Shown: positions 1 to 12,950 of the stretch, one piece after another
How the letters are laid out: the number at the start of each line of letters is the position of its first letter
Position numbering within the stretch: position 1 is the stretch's first letter
The notes under the pieces: model-generated
Databases searched by the model: none
Told to the model about the DNA's origin: nothing
Seen by the model: only the letters and a program-made list of their open reading frames with translations
Program-made: the position numbers and the translations under genes
Source of the DNA: Schmidtea polychroa
Taxonomy: Eukaryota
DNA: 64,000 nucleotides
Direction: 5' to 3'
NCBI GenBank assembly: GCA_044892525.1
Contig: CM097885.1
Coordinates: 238,206,001 to 238,270,000, forward strand

Positions 1-2400
1 ATATACTAGCATGTAATCTAGCAGTGTCTCACAGTTGTATTGTCGCCAGATTCGATTTGCATGTATATAATCTTCTTGACTAACTCCCTCCCAAATCGGT
101 GGTAATTCTGTTATTGACTGTAAAACATCCATTGATGTAGCCATATCATAAGGAAAAATGGTTTTACAAGTCATCATCTGTGATTCGAAAACATCTGAAG
201 TAAGTGGAAGACGTGGCAAGTTTTTTGATAAATTTGCCAAGCTGCTATTTAAAAATTGTAAAGAATCAATGAATCTAATTCTTCTGCCTTTCGATGTCGC
301 TGTAAGTGTGAGAAACTTTTCTGTTGATTGAGGAATAACAATTAAATTCCAATCGGGGAATTTTCCAATTGCATATTTTAATATATGATGAATGTCATAT
401 CCACGAAGATTATGAAATACAACAGGTAAAGACGGATTGATTCTTCTAGCCAAATTACAATCTTGACACGCTGCTCCGAGATATTGACCAGTAAAATGAT
501 CATGATCTCGAACAGGTATATTGATAATCTTTTTACAAAGGTAGCAATGAGTTTGAGTCGTGAATTCTTCCTGCTGTTCCCAAGTGAGTTCCATCATTTC
601 CTTTGATCCATTAATTTTATACCACGGATAAACTATGTCTGTAGCTATATCATCCAATGCTTGTATGAACTGAATGATACAGTTTTTCCCAACAAATGTT
701 TCATTTCGGATCGGACAACCTTGATGAAGAAGCACAAATTCAGATGCAATCGGCTCATGTTTTTGGAAGTGTTTGTCATCTAGAGGTAATATTGATTCAA
801 AGTCCGCGTAGACAACAAACTGCTGTTTTATAGTTTTACTCCAGTCTTTAAATTCGATATATTTATTCTCTGGCATAGAGTATAGAGTCGTCCGCTCCAC
901 ATTCTTCCTACAAAGACCTATATGTCGTTCAAAAGCAGGACGTTTTTGAAACCCATGAAGACACGTATGACACCAATGTGATTGGATTCTGACTCCTTCT
1001 ACTCTATCTCTGTAATTGAGCAGTCGATCGAGATTAGTTACAGCCAAAAAATGATAATTTAATTCTAAAATTTAGTTAATATTTTTAATGATTAAAGGAA
1101 ATATTACCTTCTACAATCAATAAGAGATATATCTGAGATCCCGTCGAAGTACTTCTATATACCAAGTCAACGAACGGATTCTTGAAAATATCATTAGATT
1201 TTTGTTTAATTGGATCTTTATTATATTTGAGAACATTGATCGCTAGATTTGGATTCATTGCTTCAAATTGGCAAATGTTAACCAACTTCATGGGAAACCA
1301 TTCAAATTTCCATTTTAAGTCTTAAAAACAAAATTCAATGATTTATGACATTTATAAATATATATATATATATATTACCACTTAAGTTATATTTTGTTGT
1401 TCTTTCTCTATCCCGACGTATATCATCATAATGTAATACGGCCAGTATGCTATATAAAAAGCAGAATTGATCATTATTTTGAACATTAACTAAAGCCTGG
1501 CAGTTTTTCAGGTAATTTGGCGTTTTAATGTAACTTGAACCTAAGTAAATATCTTGATTTATATATATAATAATGTAAATAAACTTACCAGATACATGTA
1601 TTATGTCTGATAATTTAGTTAAAATCATAGTAACTTCTAATATTTTATGAATTCTCCACCCACTACTTTGTTGAGTGTATTTCTCCAACTTTTCTTTTAA
1701 TTTTTCAATTCCATCATTAATAAATGAAGATGACATTGTAATTGCTTTATTCGACAAACACCATTTTTTAATTTCACCATCCTCTTTGATAAACTCTGCA
1801 CAAAGTCCAAATTGGATTTTTACTGTCCCCATTCGTTGAATATGATCTTCTATTTCTTTGATGAGACAATCTGGAACAACAATGTCAGGAGAATTAATTG
1901 CAGATACATCGTTTGTCAATTCAACACGAGAACCATTTAAGTCAGACTCCCGACGTGGACACAATTGTATGTTAGAGTCTCCATTTCCGTAAAATATTGA
2001 CTTTCGTTTTGTGGTGCCAGAGTTTTGTCTAACTATATTTATAATTAATATTAAACAACTTAAATAACATAACTTGTAACATATTCTTTAATCTGCTTAG
2101 GATCGTATGATGTATTCATTTTCGATTGTACTATAAAAATTAATAATTGTTAATAGTAGAAAGAGTATTACTTTTAGTGATCATCCTGCTCTTCGTTTCT
2201 TCGAATCTTCTAAGATGGTGTCCGTGTTGTCGTACAAACATTAACCACCTACCTGGTGATATAATGAGACATTCCGGACATATGTAACCCGATAAGGTAG
2301 AGTCATTTATCTTGAAATATGATGATGTAACTGATTTACAGTTCTCCACATCTTCATGACTTTCGGCAATACAAAATTTATATAAACTGCATCCGTTCAC
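1..2400 (-). CDS. Mirror copy of the 5' part of the pPolB gene, running off the left edge
   Basis: Reverse complement of 6370-8767 including the same introns; completeness cannot be judged in this window. Confidence 0.85.
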
Positions 2401-3178
2401 TAAAAGAAAATAATCATTAATATTAGATAGAGAATAAAAAATTATTCACTTATATAAGTTAAATTAAAAATTTAAATGACAAACATTTGAAAAGTTACTG
2501 CTTATATATTACACATGATTAAATTCTGACCAATCAAAATCAAGGAAGGGGTAGGAAAAATAAATATATTCTGACCAATCAAAATCAAGGAAGGGGTAGG
2601 AAAAATAAATGCATTACGTTACAGTATTTTAAAACTTCAATATATTTTAAAACACATTTTGATGCTAAAGTTGACTTATTTAACATTTTCATAATAATTT
2701 AATAAAAATAATGTGATGAACCCACAAAGTAATATCATTTTTCATCAAATTGCAAAACAGTAATAACGTTTTCATAAAATTGTAACAAAATAATAACATA
2801 TTTCAGATAAATTTTCAACAGTTGTAAAATATTTAAGCAAATTGTAACAAGATTAGAAAATATTACAACAAAGTAGTAACATATTTCAGAAAATTTCAAC
2901 AAAGTTGTAAAATATTTATCAAATTGTAACTAAAATAATAAAAATATTGCAACAAAGTAATAAAATAATGATGTTAATTGGGACAAATCAATACATTATT
3001 TCGAAGACGGACAACAAATTAAAAAGAATATTGTAATAAATTGTGAAGTCTTTCAGTAAATTACAACATATTTCGGAAATATTTCACCAGATGTAAAATA
3101 TTTAAGCAAATTGTTATAAGATTATAAAAAATATTGCAACAAAGTAATAAAATAATACAACATTTTAAACTCTAGATC

Positions 3179-3870
3179 AATCCATTTTATAGAAAATTAA
3201 ATTTTATCTATATATTATATGAATAAAATCCTAAGAAAATTACGTTAACTGTATGAAAAATACAAATTTATCGTAAAAACATGTGTGTATTACACACAAA
3301 ACAAGATACATAATTTCTAATCAATCCATTTTATAGAAAATTAAATTTTATCTATATATCATATGAATAAAATCCTAAGAAAATTACGTTAACTGTATGA
3401 AAAATACAAATTTATCATAAAACATGTGTGTATTACACACAAAACAAGATACATAATTTCTAATCAATCCATTTTATAGAAAATTAAATTTTATCTATAT
3501 ATTATATGAATAAAATCCTATGAAAATTACGTTAACTGTATGAAAAATACAAATTTATCGTAAAAACATGTGTGTATTACACACAACATACGAGACATAA
3601 TTTTTAATCAAGCTATTTTATAGAAAATTAAATTTTATCTATATAATATATGAATAAAAATCCAAGAAAATTACGTTAACTGTATGAAAAATACAAATTT
3701 ATCATAAAACATGTGTGTATTACACACAACATACGAGTCATAATTTTTAATTAAGCTATTTTATAGAAAATTAAATTTTATCTATATATTATATGAATAA
3801 AAATCCTAGAAAATTACGTTAAATGTATAAAAATACAAATTTATTGTAAAAACATGTGTGCATTACACAC
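3179..3870. repeat. ~143-bp tandem repeat, about 5 copies (mirrored at ~4900-5591)
   Basis: The unit ttttatagaaaattaa...attacgttaactgtatgaaaaatac...catgtgtgtattacacac recurs at ~3180, 3325, 3468, 3610 and 3752. Confidence 0.92.
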
Positions 3871-4229
3871 AAAGCATCAAACTGAAATTGTAATTGCGCC
3901 ATGTTGTAGAGAATTAAATTCTGCCTATACATGGTTACACTTAAATCTCGATCAGACCTGTGAAAAGAGACATAAAAGAGAAAGAACAGTAGAGTAGTAT
4001 GATTGGAGCTCCCCGGCCAGGAGCTCCCCGGCCACATATACCCCCTCCCCCCTGTGTGTAAAATAATGTTAATAATAATATTTATATATCAGTAGATAGA
4101 TTTTGCACTGGGCTTTAAAATAAGTGTTTGATTAATAAATTCGGATGATGGCAACATTAAGTTTTGGGATGAAAAAAAAAAGTGTGAGCACTATGGATCA
4201 ATTAATTAAAACAAAAAATTTAAAATACA

Positions 4230-4540
4230 ATGACCTTGACCTTGATGAGTCATCATGATGAGTCATATGACCTTGGGAATGATTTTGATGAGTCACGCGG
4301 CCTTGATGAGTCATCACGATGAGTCATATGACCTTGGGAATGACCTTGGATGAGTCATATGTCTTTGTTTAAAATTTGACCTTGACCTTGAAAAAAAATG
4401 ACCTTGAAAATATAAATGACCTTGAAAAAAAATAAATGACCTTGAAAGTATAAATGACCTTGAAAATATAAATGACCTTGAAAAAAATAAATGACCTTGA
4501 AAATATAAATGACCTTGAAAATATAAATGACCTTGAAAAA
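4230..4540. repeat. Palindrome-spacer minisatellite: GATGAGTCA and TGACCTTGA arrays
   Basis: About six TGAGTCA motifs (4245-4358) and more than ten TGACCTTG motifs, many in ~19-21 bp units (aaatgaccttgaaaatata). Confidence 0.9.
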
Positions 4541-4779
4541 TGGTCTCGGGAAAACTTTAATAACTTTGCCGATGTTAATGATGATGATACCTGCAATAGC
4601 TCATTCGAAAGGTCTTGGACTGGGCTTTAAGATGAGGTATCGGTCAATAAAATCTGTTGGCAGGAACATTAATTTTGGGATGAAAAAAAGTGTGAGCCCG
4701 CCGGATCACTTAATAATATTTGAATAATAATAATTTAACTTTGAAAAGATGGTGGTCATCAATTGTTAATAACAATAAA

Positions 4780-7700
4780 ACTGTTCTTTCTCTTTTATGT
4801 CTCTTTTCACAGGTCTGATCGAGATTTAAGTGTAACCATGTATAGGCAGAATTTAATTCTCTACAACATGGCGCAATTACAATTTCAGTTTGATGCTTTG
4901 TGTGTAATGCACACATGTTTTTACAATAAATTTGTATTTTTATACATTTAACGTAATTTTCTAGGATTTTTATTCATATAATATATAGATAAAATTTAAT
5001 TTTCTATAAAATAGCTTAATTAAAAATTATGACTCGTATGTTGTGTGTAATACACACATGTTTTATGATAAATTTGTATTTTTCATACAGTTAACGTAAT
5101 TTTCTTGGATTTTTATTCATATATTATATAGATAAAATTTAATTTTCTATAAAATAGCTTGATTAAAAATTATGTCTCGTATGTTGTGTGTAATACACAC
5201 ATGTTTTTACGATAAATTTGTATTTTTCATACAGTTAACGTAATTTTCATAGGATTTTATTCATATAATATATAGATAAAATTTAATTTTCTATAAAATG
5301 GATTGATTAGAAATTATGTATCTTGTTTTGTGTGTAATACACACATGTTTTATGATAAATTTGTATTTTTCATACAGTTAACGTAATTTTCTTAGGATTT
5401 TATTCATATGATATATAGATAAAATTTAATTTTCTATAAAATGGATTGATTAGAAATTATGTATCTTGTTTTGTGTGTAATACACACATGTTTTTACGAT
5501 AAATTTGTATTTTTCATACAGTTAACGTAATTTTCTTAGGATTTTATTCATATAATATATAGATAAAATTTAATTTTCTATAAAATGGATTGATCTAGAG
5601 TTTAAAATGTTGTATTATTTTATTACTTTGTTGCAATATTTTTTATAATCTTATAACAATTTGCTTAAATATTTTACATCTGGTGAAATATTTCCGAAAT
5701 ATGTTGTAATTTACTGAAAGACTTCACAATTTATTACAATATTCTTTTTAATTTGTTGTCCGTCTTCGAAATAATGTATTGATTTGTCCCAATTAACATC
5801 ATTATTTTATTACTTTGTTGCAATATTTTTATTATTTTAGTTACAATTTGATAAATATTTTACAACTTTGTTGAAATTTTCTGAAATATGTTACTACTTT
5901 GTTGTAATATTTTCTAATCTTGTTACAATTTGCTTAAATATTTTACAACTGTTGAAAATTTATCTGAAATATGTTATTATTTTGTTACAATTTTATGAAA
6001 ACGTTATTACTGTTTTGCAATTTGATGAAAAATGATATTACTTTGTGGGTTCATCACATTATTTTTATTAAATTATTATGAAAATGTTAAATAAGTCAAC
6101 TTTAGCATCAAAATGTGTTTTAAAATATATTGAAGTTTTAAAATACTGTAACGTAATGCATTTATTTTTCCTACCCCTTCCTTGATTTTGATTGGTCAGA
6201 ATATATTTATTTTTCCTACCCCTTCCTTGATTTTGATTGGTCAGAATTTAATCATGTGTAATATATAAGCAGTAACTTTTCAAATGTTTGTCATTTAAAT
6301 TTTTAATTTAACTTATATAAGTGAATAATTTTTTATTCTCTATCTAATATTAATGATTATTTTCTTTTAGTGAACGGATGCAGTTTATATAAATTTTGTA
6401 TTGCCGAAAGTCATGAAGATGTGAAGAACTGTAAATCAGTTACATCATCATATTTCAAGATAAATGACTCTACCTTATCGGGTTACATATGTCCGGAATG
6501 TCTCATTATATCACCAGGTAGGTGGTTAATGTTTGTACGACAACACGGACACCATCTTAGAAGATTCGAAGAAACGAAGAGCAGGATGATCACTAAAAGT
6601 AATACTCTTTCTACTATTAACAATTATTAATTTTTATAGTACAATCGAAAATGAATACATCATACGATCCTAAGCAGATTAAAGAATATGTTACAAGTTA
6701 TGTTATTTAAGTTGTTTAATATTAATTATAAATATAGTTAGACAAAACTCTGGCACCACAAAACGAAAGTCAATATTTTACGGAAATGGAGACTCTAACA
6801 TACAATTGTGTCCACGTCGGGAGTCTGACTTAAATGGTTCTCGTGTTGAATTGACAAACGATGTATCTGCAATTAATTCTCCTGACATTGTTGTTCCAGA
6901 TTGTCTCATCAAAGAAATAGAAGATCATATTCAACGAATGGGGACAGTAAAAATCCAATTTGGACTTTGTGCAGAGTTTATCAAAGAGGATGGTGAAATT
7001 AAAAAATGGTGTTTGTCGAATAAAGCAATTACAATGTCATCTTCATTTATTAATGATGGAATTGAAAAATTAAAAGAAAAGTTGGAGAAATACACTCAAC
7101 AAAGTAGTGGGTGGAGAATTCATAAAATATTAGAAGTTACTATGATTTTAACTAAATTATCAGACATAATACATGTATCTGGTAAGTTTATTTACATTAT
7201 TATATATATAAATCAAGATATTTACTTAGGTTCAAGTTACATTAAAACGCCAAATTACCTGAAAAACTGCCAGGCTTTAGTTAATGTTCAAAATAATGAT
7301 CAATTCTGCTTTTTATATAGCATACTGGCCGTATTACATTATGATGATATACGTCGGGATAGAGAAAGAACAACAAAATATAACTTAAGTGGTAATATAT
7401 ATATATATATTTATAAATGTCATAAATCATTGAATTTTGTTTTTAAGACTTAAAATGGAAATTTGAATGGTTTCCCATGAAGTTGGTTAACATTTGCCAA
7501 TTTGAAGCAATGAATCCAAATCTAGCGATCAATGTTCTCAAATATAATAAAGATCCAATTAAACAAAAATCTAATGATATTTTCAAGAATCCGTTCGTTG
7601 ACTTGGTATATAGAAGTACTTCGACGGGATCTCAGATATATCTCTTATTGATTGTAGAAGGTAATATTTCCTTTAATCATTAAAAATATTAACTAAATTT

Positions 7701-8767
7701 TAGAATTAAATTATCATTTTTTGGCTGTAACTAATCTCGATCGACTGCTCAATTACAGAGATAGAGTAGAAGGAGTCAGAATCCAATCACATTGGTGTCA
7801 TACGTGTCTTCATGGGTTTCAAAAACGTCCTGCTTTTGAACGACATATAGGTCTTTGTAGGAAGAATGTGGAGCGGACGACTCTATACTCTATGCCAGAG
7901 AATAAATATATCGAATTTAAAGACTGGAGTAAAACTATAAAACAGCAGTTTGTTGTCTACGCGGACTTTGAATCAATATTACCTCTAGATGACAAACACT
8001 TCCAAAAACATGAGCCGATTGCATCTGAATTTGTGCTTCTTCATCAAGGTTGTCCGATCCGAAATGAAACATTTGTTGGGAAAAACTGTATCATTCAGTT
8101 CATACAAGCATTGGATGATATAGCTACAGACATAGTTTATCCGTGGTATAAAATTAATGGATCAAAGGAAATGATGGAACTCACTTGGGAACAGCAGGAA
8201 GAATTCACGACTCAAACTCATTGCTACCTTTGTAAAAAGATTATCAATATACCTGTTCGAGATCATGATCATTTTACTGGTCAATATCTCGGAGCAGCGT
8301 GTCAAGATTGTAATTTGGCTAGAAGAATCAATCCGTCTTTACCTGTTGTATTTCATAATCTTCGTGGATATGACATTCATCATATATTAAAATATGCAAT
8401 TGGAAAATTCCCCGATTGGAATTTAATTGTTATTCCTCAATCAACAGAAAAGTTTCTCACACTTACAGCGACATCGAAAGGCAGAAGAATTAGATTCATT
8501 GATTCTTTACAATTTTTAAATAGCAGCTTGGCAAATTTATCAAAAAACTTGCCACGTCTTCCACTTACTTCAGATGTTTTCGAATCACAGATGATGACTT
8601 GTAAAACCATTTTTCCTTATGATATGGCTACATCAATGGATGTTTTACAGTCAATAACAGAATTACCACCGATTTGGGAGGGAGTTAGTCAAGAAGATTA
8701 TATACATGCAAATCGAATCTGGCGACAATACAACTGTGAGACACTGCTAGATTACATGCTAGTATAT
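4780..8767 (+). repeat. Right arm of the inverted duplication
   Basis: Reverse complement of 1-3990; the match ends at aaagaacagt(3990) / actgttcttt(4780). Confidence 0.97.
6160..6270 (+). promoter_or_regulatory. Putative pPolB promoter: duplicated ~44-bp unit with an inverted CCAAT box, followed by TATATAA
   Basis: tttatttttcctaccccttccttgattttgattggtcaga occurs twice, then tatataag at ~6263, about 100 bp upstream of the first identifiable coding exon. Confidence 0.5.
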
Positions 8768-10309
8768 CTCAAGTTGGATGTTTTTCTGTTGGCCGATGTT
8801 TTTGAAGCTTTCAGAGAAAAAACATTTGACGAAGATGGACTTGAGGCTCTATCGTTTGTTTCCATACCCGGATTAAGTTGGGCATCAGCTATTAAACAGT
8901 TACCTGAACCGGTAGAACTTATTCAAGATCCAGAGCTTTACCGTTTATTTGAAGCTGGTATTCGTGGTGGAATGACATTTATCAACAAACATCATGTTGA
9001 AGCTGATGAATCAACACAAATGTCATACCTAGATGTTAATAATTTATATGGATGGGCGCTGTCGCAAAAACTTCCTATTGGTGAATTTAGATGGATAAAT
9101 GATCAAACTGAAATGAATGGTATTGTTGAAAGATGTGCAAATGGGGATGAGTTTGATGGAGATCGTGGATATGTTCTAGAGGTTGACATCGTCATTCCTG
9201 ATAGTATACAAGATAAGCTAGATGATTTACCTATAGCTCCTGAGCTTTGTTATCCGCCTGGTAGTAAAGTTGAAAAGCTGTTGTTAACTCATGAGCCTAA
9301 GAAAAACTATGTAGTTAATGGTAGAATTTTGACAGAGTGGTTGAGTTACGGCGCAAAAGTCACAAAAGTTAATCGTGCTGTAGAATTCAAGCAAGTGGCT
9401 ATTTTCAAAGGATATATTGATTACAATACCAAAATGAGAGCAGCTAGTACGGATTCGTTTCAGCGAGATTATTATAAGTTAAAGAACAACAGTTTATACG
9501 GTAAAACTGTGGAAAACTTGAAGAAACGTATAAATTTGAGATTATGCAACAAAAGCAAAAGATTGATAACTTATTGTAGCCATCCTATGTTTCGTCGTAG
9601 CATCAAGATTGCGGATGATCTCATTGCTGTTATACTCAATAAGGAAATTGTGTGTTTAGATAGACCAATGTATATTGGACAAACTGTACTAGATTTATCC
9701 AAACTTCGCATGTACCAATTTCAATATAAAGAACTACAGAGTTATAGAGAAGAATTCAATTGTCAAATTAATATCGTAGCCGGTGACACAGATTCCTTCT
9801 TTTTAGAGTGTAAAAATGTAGATTTACGCTTACAACTATATCCAAAAATGATTGAAGATGGGCTCCTAGATACTTCAAATTATCCAGTGACCGATCCGTT
9901 GTTCTCAGATAAAATTTGTTCTGTAATCGGGAAAGTTAAGGATGAGAATAAAGGAAATCAATATAAAGAATGGGTGTTTCTTCGACCCAAGTGCTACTCA
10001 CTCCAAGGCGATAAAAACACTCTAAAAGCCAAAGGAATAAGACTTACAAACTCTAATCTTACACATGAAGCCTATAAAAAAGTGTATACTGATGGTGGAA
10101 CAGTGAGCATCCCACAAAAAAGAATAGGAAGTGTCAATCATCAGTTGTATACTTTCATGACAGAAAAACGAGCTCTCCAATGTTTGGACGATAAAAGGTA
10201 TTGGTACAATTGTAATGAAAGTTATGCCTACGGTCACTATAAGATTCGTCAAATGCATATTGCAACTGCTATGTCTAGAAATGTATGCAAATCGAAACAA
10301 GCACTTTAA
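6371..10309 (+). CDS. Protein-primed family-B DNA polymerase (Polinton-type), spliced; predicted introns 6599-6639, 6697-6737, 7182-7229, 7392-7447, 7661-7703
   Basis: Exonuclease YADFE, endonuclease-VII-like RDHDHFTG..C..CN, FHNLRGYD, polymerase motifs YLDVNNLYG, KLKNNSLYGK, GDTDS and RPKCY. Removing the GT-AG introns restores GSSYI, FPM..I..FE..N and HFLAVTNLDRL. The start codon is uncertain. Confidence 0.93.
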
Positions 10310-12059
10310 CAATTAAATTTATGTGAATAATAAAATATATATTGTGAATTGTTTGACTTAGTTAATTAAAATGTGTTTTATCATTTAATTATTCATTTGT
10401 CCAATTAATTTAGATAATTAGTTTCAAGTAAGAAATATTATTTTTGTGTTTATTTTATTTATTTATTTATTTTTTCCGAAAAATTAATATCCGGTTTATC
10501 TAAAATTAACTCAGCGTTTTATTTTATAATAAATTAAATAATTTCTAATTAAAATTTTATTCAAATTGAAATATTATTGTTATAATTTACCTCTTGTTAG
10601 AATATAATGTAAATGTAAAATAAAAACAATAAAATAATTAATTAAGTAAATTAAAAAGAAAAAAAAAATAAAAATAAAAATAAAATAAAAATAAATAAAT
10701 AAATAGAAGTAATTAAATTAAAATAAATTTAAAAAATAAATAAATTAATTTAAAAAAAAAAAAAATAGTAATAATAATAATAATAATATTAATTAAATGT
10801 AATAAATTAAAATAAAACATAATAAAATAATTAATTAATAAAATTAAAAAGAAGTAATTAAATAAAATGTTAATTTAAAAAATAAATGATTCGATTGGTC
10901 TATATTTGATCTTGATATTCCATGACCTTGAAAGTGCGCTGGAGTCCTTACTATTCACTACTATTCTGCGTCTGAATTTATTATTTTTAATAAAATTCTA
11001 CAATTGGTTACTCTGTAAATGAAAATTTCAAATATCAGTGATTCGCAACCTTTTCTTAAGCCAACTTCCTCTTGGAACCTTGCGGAACAAAGCAGGATAA
11101 AATTTTAAATAGGTACATTATGAATAAAAACGATTACATTTATTTTCTTATAAAACCTTTCACTGAATTGTTATTAATAACAAATTTAATTATTAATTTT
11201 GTTTCAATGAGCACAAAAGTTTGAAACTATTTGAAACAATATTTCAAAATTGAGAGCTGAATTTCATAATACATTTATCATTAATATTATTGTCTATAAA
11301 GTGATAATTTCTTGTTAGCAGCAAGTAAACGATAATATAAGCCTTTTGAATAAAATGAAATAATTTTAGATTATAAAAATAATCCTTATAAGGATTATAT
11401 TTATAATCGAAAATTATTTTATTTTATTCAATATATTCTTTGCGACATAAGGCTTATATTATCATTTATTTGTTCAATATTAATGTTTATTAAATAATGA
11501 ATAACTTTAAATATTAAAAAGTGTGTGCAGGTTTGGATAAAATAGTTTGGCTTAAAATAGTCGGTAGTACAAAATAATAATTCAATGACAATGTGGATGA
11601 ATACATAATAAAACAATATTAACGACAGTTTATAAATACAAATCATCGAATGATTTGAGGTTATTAATAATCAGTAATAAACGTAACCTTGACTTAAACG
11701 TTATGTTTAAGAGAATACATTAAATATTTAAAACGAATTAATATAGCTATGAAAATAATAATTGAATGTCGCAGTTGTTTTATCTATATTTTATTGTTAA
11801 AATAGACATACTGCTCGTAAAGGAAGAAAATTAATAATAATAACATCTCTAGTTAAATTGATAAAATAAATAATCATTTTTCATTTTATTATTATGTCTT
11901 GAGCCTTTATGTCTCGCATTGTTTTGACCTGGTGTTAATTTGGCTGCGAAAACAAGGCAGCCATTTAAGTACGATTGCTTATTATTTTTATTTAATTACA
12001 ATTAGTTTTGTACCATCTGTACTCTTGTGTCGAAGTACAGATATATATAATTGTCTCAT

Positions 12060-12950
12060 GGTTTAAATTAATTTAAATGGTGGGTCTATGTTTTGATGGA
12101 AGGATTCAGAAGGAAGTCTTTCCAAGCAATTTTTCAATATAGTATAAGTTGACATTTTTTTGTTTCGAAATAAGAGATGATCCTCCAGAGGAGGAGGAAA
12201 GAGTCGTAAAGAAATTATCAACGGAATTATAAATGAGATTACGGACGATAATTAAAAGAAATTATGAAGAAAGTGAATTTTCTGAGGAAGCAGTAATTGA
12301 GGAGTTAACACGAACCGCGTTGAATCGAGATGTAATATTGACAGTGTTAGCGTATATAATCTAGGAGATTGGTATTTATGGCTGTTTAGAAGTTGATTAT
12401 TCAAAATCATTAATCAAGAAAGCCACTGAAATGACGAATAAATATTTGATGAAGCAAATAATGGCAGATGGGAAAATTTGATACAAAAGACAGAGAGCCC
12501 AAAATGAGAGAAACTAAGGAAAAAGGGAAAACTCGCATTTCCATGGTTGATGATGTTATTGGGAATAATAAACACCACGAATTCATTGGTGACATACGAA
12601 TGCCCCCAAACTGAAATGGGAAGAGTGTATTCGTTGGTAAACGTAGCAGAGTATTCAGATGCATACCCAGTAAAGTTTAAAGTGACAAATCGCGTAAAAT
12701 ATCATGTGTATCAAGAATCTGGTTTTCGACGAGCACAGGTGAGAGAGTGTACAGTCAAACGAACTACTTTTGTATTCTATTGTGGGAAATGGAGCCACTC
12801 ATCTATGGTGAAAATGCAATTACCTAGACCGATTGATATAATTCCAGAAAATTGCCTGGCAGCCTTTCAAACGGGACAGCTTAAAATCAATGCGGATACT
12901 AAATTGCAAGCAAAGTTAAATCTCAATGTTCGAAATAATTTCTGGCAATG
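12060..12950 (+). pseudogene. Degraded relic of a related giant retroelement: Bcl-2-like/signal segment plus N-terminus of the envelope-like glycoprotein
   Basis: LVTYECPQ..RVYSL..YHVYQESGF...VRECTVKR..YCGKWSHSS aligns by eye with FAVYDCDN..EKYSL..YNVYQEADF...VQECTVTR..HCGSSSHST of ORF 51711-56426. Contains stops and frameshifts. Confidence 0.8.

Larger units (their letters stand above)
1..3990 (-). repeat. Left arm of a large inverted (fold-back) duplication; reverse complement of 4780-8767, truncated by the window edge
   Basis: Mirrored ORFs (2140-2400 vs 6370-6630; 1335-1964 vs 6806-7453; 1085-1291 vs 7477-7683). Differences noticed: one substitution (HEDVE vs HEDVK) and a 2-bp (TA)n length change. 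Confidence 0.97.
3988..10962 (+). mobile_element. Polinton/Maverick-like pPolB element, minimal or deleted
   Basis: pPolB gene, AGTAG(AGTAGT) at 3988-3998 and ACTACT at 10957-10962, with a TGACCTTGAAA motif near both ends. No long TIRs, so the boundaries are tentative. Confidence 0.5.

Noticed and set aside
3819..4951. Short ORFs in and around the palindrome spacer
   Set aside because: Derived from tandem repeats and arm ends; no coding signature.
3179..5591. Regular repeats as a CRISPR array
   Set aside because: Head-to-tail tandem units without unique spacers, no cas genes, and eukaryotic context.
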